Below, in pieces: positions 1 through 7,845 of a stretch of 34,263 nt of DNA. A model generated the notes under the pieces. That model was not told the DNA's origin, ran no database searches, and saw nothing but the letters and a program-made list of their open reading frames with translations. Position 1 is the stretch's first letter. The number at the start of each line of letters is the position of its first letter. The stretch comes from an uncultured Acidimicrobiales bacterium (GTDB taxonomy: Bacteria > Actinomycetota > Acidimicrobiia > Acidimicrobiales > SHLQ01): positions 1 to 34,263 of the forward strand of contig CAZMYN010000004.1 in the NCBI GenBank assembly GCA_964570495.1, in the 5' to 3' direction. The position numbers were made by a program, and so were the translations under genes.

Positions 1-1
1 G

Positions 2-199
2 TACACCTACGAAGGTGAACAACTCGGTCAGGGCCGTGAGAAGGCGAAAGACTTCTTGATCGAAAACCCCGAAATCATGGTCGAGATCACCGATCGGGTC
101 ACGAAATTGGTCATGCCGAGCCCAGAAGCCGAAGAATCCGACGTTGCTGAAGATGAATTCACCGAGGCCGATGACGAGCCCATTTTGCTCGATGACTGA
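2..199 (+). CDS. recA: RecA recombinase, C-terminal fragment (5' end lies outside the window)
   Basis: Reading from position 2 gives YTYEGEQLGQGREKAKDFLIENPEIMVEITDRVTKLV..., then an acidic tail DEFTEADDEPILLDD and TGA at 197-199. This matches the conserved RecA C-terminal block plus acidic tail. It is absent from the ORF track because it has no start in the window. Confidence 0.85.
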   Translation, partial: YTYEGEQLGQGREKAKDFLIENPEIMVEITDRVTKLVMPSPEAEESDVAEDEFTEADDEPILLDD

Positions 200-218
200 C
201 GCGGCGTAGTAGTACATG

Positions 219-260
219 CACCCGACTCCACCAAGCGTGGGGTCGGGTGTTCGCGTTTTC
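219..260 (+). terminator. Rho-independent terminator downstream of recA
   Basis: A 13-bp stem pairs CACCCGACTCCAC (219-231) with GTGGGGTCGGGTG (237-249), including one G-U pair. The loop is CAAGC and the trailing sequence is TTCGCGTTTTC. Confidence 0.6.
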
Positions 261-265
261 CCCTA

Positions 266-283
266 CCTACCAATCTTGGTAGG
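266..283. promoter_or_regulatory. Perfect palindrome CCTACCAA-TC-TTGGTAGG (candidate operator)
   Basis: The 8+2+8 inverted repeat was read directly. The 2-nt centre is too short for a hairpin loop, so a dimeric DNA-binding-protein site is more likely. It shares the CTACCAA/TTGGTAG half-sites of the operators at 28905-28945. Confidence 0.4.
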
Positions 284-287
284 CAAA

Positions 288-301
288 TTACATCGATGTA
301 A
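288..301. promoter_or_regulatory. Perfect 14-bp palindrome TTACATCGATGTAA (candidate operator)
   Basis: Read directly. It lies 4 nt after the previous palindrome. The pair is bracketed by CCCTAC (261-266) and GTAGGG (305-310). Confidence 0.3.
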
Positions 302-374
302 CACGTAGGGCGCGAACAAATGCACCCTTTGTGTTATTCAGTGGTGGTAGCGTGGTTCTTGGCAGGTGGAGGCG

Positions 375-392
375 AGTAACGAATTCGTTACT
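375..392. promoter_or_regulatory. Perfect 18-bp palindrome AGTAACGAATTCGTTACT (candidate operator)
   Basis: Read directly. It lies 37 nt upstream of the ATG at 429 and 25 nt upstream of its GGAGG ribosome-binding site. Confidence 0.4.
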
Positions 393-428
393 GGCAGGGC
401 CCAACGTATTCCCGTTGGAGGACCCCTC

Positions 429-626
429 ATGACAAAACGCTTCGGTTACCCGCTACTCGCGCTGTTTGTGCTGTATCTCATTTCGCTGAACGCATCGGAA
501 ACCGGCCGTAGAGGAAACGACTTCTTGGCGATGGTCGGTGGCCTCGCCAATGCAATCCTCGACTTCTTGCGTGGGCTTGCCGGCGACGGAGCAGTAACTC
601 AGGCGCTCGCAGTCGTCGGCCTGTGA
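429..626 (+). CDS. Small (65 aa) membrane protein, hypothetical
   Basis: The internal ATG at 429 of track ORF 366..626 is preceded by GGAGG (417-421) with a 7-nt spacer. The hydrophobic helix is FGYPLLALFVLYLISL. Its stop overlaps the next gene's start (GTGA at 623-626). The longer 366 start would run through the 18-bp palindrome. Confidence 0.45.
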   Translation: MTKRFGYPLLALFVLYLISLNASETGRRGNDFLAMVGGLANAILDFLRGLAGDGAVTQALAVVGL

Positions 627-1381
627 CCAATCGAGTCCCGAACCGGACTCCACCCGCAGGGTACGTTGCGCAGAAGCCGAACTTTGGCGATCAGATGCGC
701 CTCCTCTTCGCGCCGCCGCGCGATGAGGACGTACTGATCTCCGATGAGATTGTCTATTACCGGGCGCCCAAGCACGCCATGAGCCTGTTCGAACCGCTGA
801 TCGAGACACTCGCTGTCCTGGTTGTCGTCATTGCCGCGATGGTGCGCCCCAACCTTTCTGGGCCAAATCCGACCCTGTTGCTCATTGTTTTGTCGTTGAT
901 CGTCGCATGGCGTTGGGTGCAGGCTCGCGAATGGGGATTTAGCGCACTCATTGGAGCGGTGATTGTTGGCTACGTGATGTTGACCAACCAGATCGATCCG
1001 GCAGTGTTACTGCCCGGCGTTGGACTCTGGTTTCTTGCTCGCTTGTCGGTCTGCATCCTTCGATGGTGGAAATACGAGCTCCGCTATCTCACCAATCGCC
1101 GCGTCATCGAGGCCACGGGGCTTCTGGGTCTGCGGGTTGCCTCGCTACCCGTCACTAGGGTGACCGACCTGGTCCTCGACCGAACAACTGCCGGTGAAGC
1201 CTTTGGATACGGCAACCTTCGAATAGAGAGTGCTGGCCAAGATCAGTCGCTCGCGAATGTCAATTTTCTTATGGAACCGCGGACATTTCACCGCCTCGCG
1301 GTTCGTCTAGCTACTAAACCAGCCAAGATCGACCTGAAAAACTTCATTGACGTACCACCGGTCCGAAGGATAGGAAGGTAA
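623..1381 (+). CDS. Membrane protein with bacterial PH (bPH_2/YdbS-YdbT-like) domain
   Basis: Several hydrophobic helices are followed by YELRYLTNRRVIEATGLLGLRVASLPVTRVTDLVLDRTTAGEAFGYGNLRIESAGQD, the typical bPH_2 pattern. A GTG start overlaps the upstream stop. ATG at 695 is an alternative start. Confidence 0.7.
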   Translation: MTNRVPNRTPPAGYVAQKPNFGDQMRLLFAPPRDEDVLISDEIVYYRAPKHAMSLFEPLIETLAVLVVVIAAMVRPNLSGPNPTLLLIVLSLIVAWRWVQAREWGFSALIGAVIVGYVMLTNQIDPAVLLPGVGLWFLARLSVCILRWWKYELRYLTNRRVIEATGLLGLRVASLPVTRVTDLVLDRTTAGEAFGYGNLRIESAGQDQSLANVNFLMEPRTFHRLAVRLATKPAKIDLKNFIDVPPVRRIGR

Positions 1382-1432
1382 CACCGCATCGACCTTGTGT
1401 CGTTCAGGTGATATTTCCCCTCCAAGACATCA

Positions 1433-1472
1433 GATGCCCGTCGCTGCCGCGACGGGCATCCGGTGTTTTGTG
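1433..1472 (+). terminator. Rho-independent terminator after the PH-domain gene
   Basis: A perfect 12-bp stem pairs GATGCCCGTCGC (1433-1444) with GCGACGGGCATC (1449-1460). The loop is TGCC and the trailing sequence is CGGTGTTTTGTG. Confidence 0.7.
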
Positions 1473-1493
1473 CGTGTTGTTAGAGTTGAAGAC

Positions 1494-2945
1494 GTGAAGA
1501 AGTACCTCTTGCGCACCTACGGGTGCCAGATGAACGAACACGACTCCGAGCGCATTGCTGGCCTGCTCGAATCCGAAGGCTACGAGTCAACAACCGACGT
1601 GTCCGACGCCGACGTCGTCATGTTGAATACCTGCTGCATTCGCGAGAACGCCGACAACAAGCTGTACGCGGCACTCGGCGATCTCAAGGCCGAGAAGGCA
1701 AGGCGTCCGGACATGCAGATCGCTGTCGGCGGCTGCCTGGCACAAAAGGACAAAGATCTCGTCGGCGAGAAGGCCGGTCATGTCGACGTTGTCTTTGGTA
1801 CCCACAACGTCCATCGAGCAGCCGAACTGCTCGCTGAAAGTCGCGAACAGGGCCAGATCGTCGAAATTCTCGAAGCAGCGGTCGATGCTGAACACGCCGC
1901 GTTTCCGAGTGCGCTCCCGGAGAAACGTGAGGTCGACCATGCTGCGTGGGTCACGATCCAGATCGGCTGTGACAACAGTTGCGCCTTCTGCATCGTGCCG
2001 TCGGTGCGTGGGCCAGAAATTTCGCGCCCGTTCGGCGACCTGGTTCGCGAAGTCGAACACCTCGCGAAAGATGGGGTCACGGAGATCACGCTCCTCGGGC
2101 AGAACGTCAACAGCTACGGTCGAGATATCACGCTGAAGCTCGGTGGCCGCGACGCCGACGAATTCGACGCCCACGAGGCAGGTGAACTCTGGATCGACGA
2201 TCGTCGTCGTGGCCGTCCGCTTTTCGCAGACCTCCTGCGCTCAACCGGCGCTGTAGAAGGCATCGAGCGAGTGCGCTTTACCAGTCCGCATCCAAAGGAT
2301 CTGCGCGAAGACACCATTGCGGCGATGGCACAAGTCGACACGGTGTGTAACCACCTGCACTTCCCGCTGCAATCGGGCAGCGACGAGATACTGAAACAGA
2401 TGCACCGCGGTTACACCGCCGAGCGCTATCTCGAACGGCTGGACGCTGCCTATGCCGGTATCGACGACCTCGCGGTCACCACCGACATCATCATTGGCTT
2501 TCCCGGCGAGACCGAAGAAGACTTCGTCAAAACCCTTGAGGTTGCCGCGCACGCGCAGTACGACTCGGCCTACACCTACGTCTTCTCGCCACGCGAAGGC
2601 ACCGAGGCCGCCGAGATGCAGGAGGACTTCCTCCCCAAGGAGGTCACCAAGGAGCGTATGGAACGGCTCCGTCGGGTGATCGAACGTTCGGCAGCTCGAA
2701 AGCACGCCGAACGCGTCGGGCGAATCGAAGAGGTCGTCGTCGAGGGGCCGTCGCGACGCAACCCTGGAGTCGTCAGCGGACGCACCCGGCAAAACAAGTT
2801 GGTCCACTTCGAGGGGGAGCTCAAGGCCGGATCTCTCGCAGCGGTCGAGATCACCACGGCCAAGTCCCACTACCTGCTCGGTGAGCTGAGCGAAGTTCTC
2901 CGAGGACCACGTGTTCGAACCAAAATTCCCGTCATTGCCGGCTGA
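1494..2945 (+). CDS. miaB: tRNA-2-methylthio-N6-dimethylallyladenosine synthase (radical SAM methylthiotransferase)
   Basis: VKKYLLRTYGCQMNEHDSE is the N-terminal UPF0004 block. IQIGCDNSCAFCIVP is the radical-SAM CxxxCxxC motif, and a TRAM-like C-terminus follows. The in-frame GTG at 1494 was chosen because the track start at 1395 would read through the terminator at 1433-1472. Confidence 0.93.
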   Translation: MKKYLLRTYGCQMNEHDSERIAGLLESEGYESTTDVSDADVVMLNTCCIRENADNKLYAALGDLKAEKARRPDMQIAVGGCLAQKDKDLVGEKAGHVDVVFGTHNVHRAAELLAESREQGQIVEILEAAVDAEHAAFPSALPEKREVDHAAWVTIQIGCDNSCAFCIVPSVRGPEISRPFGDLVREVEHLAKDGVTEITLLGQNVNSYGRDITLKLGGRDADEFDAHEAGELWIDDRRRGRPLFADLLRSTGAVEGIERVRFTSPHPKDLREDTIAAMAQVDTVCNHLHFPLQSGSDEILKQMHRGYTAERYLERLDAAYAGIDDLAVTTDIIIGFPGETEEDFVKTLEVAAHAQYDSAYTYVFSPREGTEAAEMQEDFLPKEVTKERMERLRRVIERSAARKHAERVGRIEEVVVEGPSRRNPGVVSGRTRQNKLVHFEGELKAGSLAAVEITTAKSHYLLGELSEVLRGPRVRTKIPVIAG

Positions 2946-3459
2946 GCTCGCTCAGTTGAAGCTGACCGGCCGAGCAACCGATTCACAATTCGCCCAGAAC
3001 CCCCTGCCTCTCGCACGCGCCCTGGGCATTGGGCTTGCGGGCTTTCATAGCAGCACCGTGCCCGAAGGACTCGAACCGCGCACCCCAGCCGAGACCGACA
3101 ACGCGCTTCGCTGGCTCGACTCCGAGGACCCGCTGCCCGCTCCATTCACACGGGTCTCCCACGCGGCTGTCCGTAGCCAACTGAGCACCCCGCCAACCGT
3201 CTCGGCTCCGGTCGTGACTCACGGAGCGCCCATCGTTGCGAACGTGACCTTGGATAACTCGGTTGCGCATTTCGACGAATCCGACGTGCTCGGCTTTGAC
3301 CCGCCCGAACGCGACCTGTCCATTGCGATTCGCTCGATTTCAGAGACGTTCACCGGCGAGGTCGCAATCACTTTCCTCGACGCGTACGTCGAAGCGGGAG
3401 GAGGCCAGCCGCTCGGACTCGCCCTCGACTGGTACGGCGTGCTCGCAGCCTTCCGATGA
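2911..3459 (+). CDS. Hypothetical protein with a degenerate aminoglycoside-phosphotransferase/kinase-like C-lobe
   Basis: The ORF fills the miaB-miaA gap, and its stop overlaps the miaA start (ATGA at 3456-3459). The segment VVTHGAPIVANVTLD...VLGFDPPERDLSIAI resembles the APH pattern HGDxxxxN...D...GDPxxDLA with the catalytic Asp replaced by Ala. The start is uncertain: 2911 overlaps miaB, and TTG at 2956 is an alternative. Confidence 0.5.
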   Translation: MFEPKFPSLPAELAQLKLTGRATDSQFAQNPLPLARALGIGLAGFHSSTVPEGLEPRTPAETDNALRWLDSEDPLPAPFTRVSHAAVRSQLSTPPTVSAPVVTHGAPIVANVTLDNSVAHFDESDVLGFDPPERDLSIAIRSISETFTGEVAITFLDAYVEAGGGQPLGLALDWYGVLAAFR

Positions 3460-4403
3460 ACGCCCACGCCTTTTCCACGCCTCCACTGTGCATTCTGGGG
3501 CCGACAGCTTCAGGCAAGTCGAGCGTGGCCATGGCGTTGGCTACCGAGCTCGACAATGTCGAGCTCGTCTCGATCGACTCGATGCAGGTGTATCGAGAGA
3601 TGGACATCGGTACGGCCAAGCCAAGTGCTGCCGAGCAAGCAGCCGTGCCACACCATCTGATCGATCTGTCCGATCCTGCCGACGACTTCGACGTGTCGAT
3701 GTTCCAGACCGCCTGGCGCGAGATCGCCAGCGACCTGGCCAATAGGGGAGTGACGCCGATTCTGGTCGGAGGAACTGGCCTGTATTTGCGCTCGGTCATC
3801 GATGCCTTGGAACTGCCGGGCCGATACCCCGAGGTTCGTAGCGAGCTAGAAGCACGCAGCAACGACCTACCAGCGTTGTATGAAGAGCTGGTACGGCTGG
3901 ATCCGCTCGCTGCTTCGCGGATGGACGCCAACAACGACCGCAGGTTGTTACGTGCCCTCGAGGTCACGCTCGGCTCGGGTCGCCCGTTCTCGTCGTTTGG
4001 GCCGGGCATGGAGGACTATCCCGAGGTGCCGTTCCGTCTGCTTGGTCTGCGGCTCGATCGCGAACTCATGATCGAACGGATAAACGCCCGCTACGAGGTG
4101 CAAATGGAGCAGGGCTTTCTCGACGAAACCCGGTCGCTGGTCGAGCGCGACCGCCCGATTGGCAAGACGGCAAGACAGGCGCTCGGATATCGCGAGCTGC
4201 TCTCACACATCGAGGACGGCGTAGCTCTCGACAGCGCACTCGAAACCGCCCGCGTGCGGACCAGACGCTTCGCCCGTCGTCAAATGAAGTGGTTCATCCG
4301 CGACCCGAGAATCACCTGGGTAGACATCGACGCGTCGGGTGTCGTCGACCACGATGCTGCTATTGCTCGCGCGGTGGCGCTACTCGGTCAGCCCGCTGGC
4401 TGA
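3456..4403 (+). CDS. miaA: tRNA dimethylallyltransferase
   Basis: P-loop ILGPTASGKSSVAMALA, then SIDSMQVYREMDIGTAKP and VGGTGLYLRS, the canonical MiaA blocks. Confidence 0.93.
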   Translation: MNAHAFSTPPLCILGPTASGKSSVAMALATELDNVELVSIDSMQVYREMDIGTAKPSAAEQAAVPHHLIDLSDPADDFDVSMFQTAWREIASDLANRGVTPILVGGTGLYLRSVIDALELPGRYPEVRSELEARSNDLPALYEELVRLDPLAASRMDANNDRRLLRALEVTLGSGRPFSSFGPGMEDYPEVPFRLLGLRLDRELMIERINARYEVQMEQGFLDETRSLVERDRPIGKTARQALGYRELLSHIEDGVALDSALETARVRTRRFARRQMKWFIRDPRITWVDIDASGVVDHDAAIARAVALLGQPAG

Positions 4404-4487
4404 AGCACCGCGTCGTTCCTCAACGCGATCGGGCTCTTTCTACAGCACGAGTGATGGTTCCAAATCCGCTCGTACATACTGGAGAGG

Positions 4488-5300
4488 ATGCATCTGACCA
4501 AACATCACGGCCTCGGAAACGACTTTCTCGTCACGTTCGTTGACGAGGTACCCCCGCGCGCGAGCGAACTTGCGGTCGAACTTTGCAATCGCAGCACCGG
4601 AGTGGGGGCTGACGGCTTGATCTTTGGGATCGATGCGGGATCGACGCCGGTAATGCGGCTGTTCAACGCGGACGGGTCGACGGCCGAGATCTCTGGAAAC
4701 GGTCTGCGCTGTTTTGTTCAGGCACTTGCGATGCGTCGTGGTGTGCAAGAACTCGACATCGAGGTCGACACTCTTGCCGGAATTCGCGCATGCACGCTTG
4801 CACCGAGTGACGATCCAGCGGTCAGCCACGGTTCGACGGACATGGGGCCCGTAACCGCAGGCGACTCGCCCCACCAAGACGACTTCCTCACGAACGTCGT
4901 CGGCGTGCCCGAGGTCAAACAGTGGACGATCGGCGCCGTGGGCAACCCCCACGTTGTTCTCGAAGTGGCTGAGCCGAGCGAAATCGACCTGGCACTCGTC
5001 GGACCACAGATCGAGTCTCACTTTCCTCATGGGGTCAATGCACACTTCATTCGTCGCACCGGTGAAGATGCAATCGAGTTGGCGGTGTGGGAACGAGGCG
5101 CGGGGATTACTCAGGCGTGCGGCTCTGGTGCAACGGTTGCAGCCCAACGAGCCCACGAGTGGGGCTTGGTAGGTCAACACGTATTGGTATCGATGCCGGG
5201 CGGAGCGGCAACGGTCGATGTTGCGGCGACCGAGCAGTCCAGCGCGGTCTTGAACGGCACGGCGACCTTCGTTGCAAGCATCGAGGTTCCACGTGGGTGA
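4488..5300 (+). CDS. dapF: Diaminopimelate epimerase
   Basis: MHLTKHHGLGNDFLV, GNGLRCF, GNPHVV and ACGSGA are the two catalytic-Cys motifs of DapF. A GGAGAGG ribosome-binding site precedes the ATG. Confidence 0.93.
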   Translation: MHLTKHHGLGNDFLVTFVDEVPPRASELAVELCNRSTGVGADGLIFGIDAGSTPVMRLFNADGSTAEISGNGLRCFVQALAMRRGVQELDIEVDTLAGIRACTLAPSDDPAVSHGSTDMGPVTAGDSPHQDDFLTNVVGVPEVKQWTIGAVGNPHVVLEVAEPSEIDLALVGPQIESHFPHGVNAHFIRRTGEDAIELAVWERGAGITQACGSGATVAAQRAHEWGLVGQHVLVSMPGGAATVDVAATEQSSAVLNGTATFVASIEVPRG

Positions 5301-6687
5301 CAACGCCGATCGCAGCGATGGGCAGCGTCAACACCATTCCGATCACCGTGGAGCGTTTGGGGAGTTCGGCGGCGAATCGTCGGGCCTTATCGATCGCTCG
5401 TTTCGTGAACGGATCGTGCTGGTTGGTGTGACCATGCCCGACGGCAGCGCCGATGAGACCGATGCATCGCTCGATGAACTCGCTCTATTGGTCGACACTG
5501 CCGGCGCCGACGAGGTCGGACGCGTCCATCAGCGGCGTCGAGCCCCCGACCCAGCGACCTTCGTGGGCAAGGGCAAGGCCCAAGAGATCAAAGACATCTC
5601 GCTTGCTGTTGACTCCGACACGGTGGTGTTCGACGACGAACTCTCACCAGCCCAACAAGGCAATCTCGAAAAGATCCTCGGACGTTCCGCACTCGACAGG
5701 ACAGCGGTGATTCTCGACATCTTTGCCCAGAATGCGTCGAGCACCGAAGGTAAGGCACAGGTCGAACTCGCACAGTTGAAGTACCGGTTACCTCGCCTTC
5801 GAAGCTCGGCGCGAACGTTCTCTCAGCAAGGTGGCGGTATCGGCACTCGTGGTCCGGGCGAAACCCAGCTCGAAGTTGATCGGCGACGCCTGGTGCGTCG
5901 GGTCCACAAGCTCGAAGAGGACTTGCGCAAGCTTGCCAAGAACCGCGAGGTGCAATCGAAGGCTCGCAAACGCACATCGAATCGGCGCGTTGCGCTCGTG
6001 GGCTACACCAACGCTGGCAAGTCCTCGGTGCTCAACCGGGTTACCAACGCCGATGTGCTCGCCGAGGATCGCCTCTTCGCCACGCTCGATGCCACCACTC
6101 GCAAGCTCTCGATGCGCGGTGGCGAGATGGTGTTCTTGACCGACACTGTCGGCTTTGTTCGCAAACTGCCCACACAACTCGTCGAGGCGTTCAAGAGCAC
6201 GCTCGACGTGGTGATCGATGCCGATCTCTTGTTGCACGTCGTCGATGCGTCGGCACCCGATGTGCAAGGGAACATCGACGCCGTCCGCCAAACATTGCGC
6301 GCCATCGGGGCAACCGACGTACCGGAGCTGATGGTCTTCAACAAGATTGATGTCGAGCCCGACGTCGATGGGTTGCTCGGCCGCCACCCGGGCGCGGTTG
6401 CGGTGTCTGCGCACACCGGTGAGGGAATCGATGTCCTGCTCGAGACGGTCAGCAACCGACTGCGCTCGCTCACCGAACTGGTCGAACTGAACATTCCTTA
6501 CGATCGTGGCGACATTTTGGCCAAGGTCCACCGCGAAGGTCAGGTCCTAACCGAGCTCGCCTCCGAGACCGGCATCACCGTGCGGGCACGACTCGATCCC
6601 GACTCGAAGGGCCGCCTGCGCGAATGGCTGATTGGAACAAGCGTGATCGAAGAGGTTGTCGAGCCATGGGAAGATCCACCGTCCTAG
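5293..6687 (+). CDS. hflX: GTPase HflX
   Basis: GGGIGTRGPGETQLEVDRRR is the HflX N-domain signature. The G1-G4 motifs are GYTNAGKSS, DTVGF and NKID. The start was set at the GTG at 5293 (GAGG 6 nt upstream, overlapping the dapF stop) rather than the track's TTG at 5272. Confidence 0.9.
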   Translation: MGDNADRSDGQRQHHSDHRGAFGEFGGESSGLIDRSFRERIVLVGVTMPDGSADETDASLDELALLVDTAGADEVGRVHQRRRAPDPATFVGKGKAQEIKDISLAVDSDTVVFDDELSPAQQGNLEKILGRSALDRTAVILDIFAQNASSTEGKAQVELAQLKYRLPRLRSSARTFSQQGGGIGTRGPGETQLEVDRRRLVRRVHKLEEDLRKLAKNREVQSKARKRTSNRRVALVGYTNAGKSSVLNRVTNADVLAEDRLFATLDATTRKLSMRGGEMVFLTDTVGFVRKLPTQLVEAFKSTLDVVIDADLLLHVVDASAPDVQGNIDAVRQTLRAIGATDVPELMVFNKIDVEPDVDGLLGRHPGAVAVSAHTGEGIDVLLETVSNRLRSLTELVELNIPYDRGDILAKVHREGQVLTELASETGITVRARLDPDSKGRLREWLIGTSVIEEVVEPWEDPPS

Positions 6688-6717
6688 AGGGTGCTGCGGA
6701 GCGTTTAGGCTGATGGC

Positions 6718-7836
6718 GTGAACGAGTTCGTGCTCCCGCCATATCCATACGACCGGTTAAACCAGTACAAAGCACGCGCCACCGAGCGCCATGGTTCGAT
6801 CATCGACATGTCGATCGGGGCTCCCCACGACCCGCCGCCAGATGCAGTGATCGACGCGTTGGGGGATTCGAACGCCGAGCGCGGCTATCCGCCATCGATT
6901 GGGTCTGTCGAGTTTCGCCGGGCTGTCGCCGACTGGCTGGAGTCCCAGTGCGGCGTAACTATCTCGATCGACGATGTTGCTGCGACGGTTGGCTTGAAAG
7001 AGTTCGTGTCGGGGCTGCCTCACTGGCTTCACCTGCGCGATCCGTCGAAAGACACGGTGCTGTATCCCGCGGTGAGCTACCCGAGCTATGCCATGGGAGC
7101 CGAGCTAGCGGGCTGTCGTGCGGTTCCGGTTCCCGTCGACGACGAGTGGCGACTCCGTCTCGACCAGATCGATCCCGAAGATGCTGACCGGGCCTTGCTG
7201 TTGTGGATCAATACGCCCGGCAATCCTGCTGGTGGGCTCGACGATCTGGCGCAAGCCGCGAACTGGGGCCGAGCGAACAACGTTCCAGTCGTGAGCGACG
7301 AGTGCTACATCGAATTCACCTGGGATGGACCCAAGCAAACAATTCTCCAACATGGCTCGGAGGGAGTTCTGGCCGTACACAGCTTGTCGAAGCGTTCGAA
7401 CCTGGCCGGCGTGCGTGCCGGGTACTACGCCGGCGATCACGAGCTCGTCCACTGGCTCAAAGAGATCCGCAAGCACGTGGGAGCGATGATGCCCGGGCCG
7501 TCCCAGCATGCAGCTGCGGTGGCCCTGGGCGACCAGGATCACGTCGAAGCCCAAAAGGCTGCGTATCGGCGCCGCATGGAAGCAATGATCAGTTTCCTCG
7601 CCAAGATCGGACTCGACGCACCGATGCCTGGCGGCGGCTTCTATCTGTGGGTGAAGACCCCGACAGGCGATGGCTGGACGCTCGCTGAAGAGCTCGCGGA
7701 TCGCTTCGGGCTCATCGTCTCACCGGGTGAGTTCTATGGCGAGGTGTCGAGCAATTACGTCCGTATCGCCGTGGTCCAAGACGACGCCGCGATCGCGGAG
7801 CTCGAACAGCGACTGGCGAACGAACAAGGCCGTTAA
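6718..7836 (+). CDS. dapC: Succinyldiaminopimelate aminotransferase (actinobacterial DapC type, class I PLP aminotransferase)
   Basis: LPPYPYDRLNQYK...IDMSIGAPHDPPP...GYPPSIGS...YPSYAMGAELAG...SLSKRSNLAGVRAGY contains the PLP lysine. It lies 9 nt upstream of dapE. Confidence 0.8.
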   Translation: MNEFVLPPYPYDRLNQYKARATERHGSIIDMSIGAPHDPPPDAVIDALGDSNAERGYPPSIGSVEFRRAVADWLESQCGVTISIDDVAATVGLKEFVSGLPHWLHLRDPSKDTVLYPAVSYPSYAMGAELAGCRAVPVPVDDEWRLRLDQIDPEDADRALLLWINTPGNPAGGLDDLAQAANWGRANNVPVVSDECYIEFTWDGPKQTILQHGSEGVLAVHSLSKRSNLAGVRAGYYAGDHELVHWLKEIRKHVGAMMPGPSQHAAAVALGDQDHVEAQKAAYRRRMEAMISFLAKIGLDAPMPGGGFYLWVKTPTGDGWTLAEELADRFGLIVSPGEFYGEVSSNYVRIAVVQDDAAIAELEQRLANEQGR

Positions 7837-7845
7837 CCTTCGCCT

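Noticed and set aside
366-428. N-terminal extension of the small ORF (track start at 366)
   Set aside because: The extension has no ribosome-binding site and would be translated through the 18-bp perfect palindrome. The internal ATG at 429 has a GGAGG at ideal spacing.
1395-1493. Upstream extension of miaB in the ORF track
   Set aside because: It spans a perfect 12-bp-stem terminator (1433-1472), and the extra residues are not part of the conserved MiaB N-terminus.
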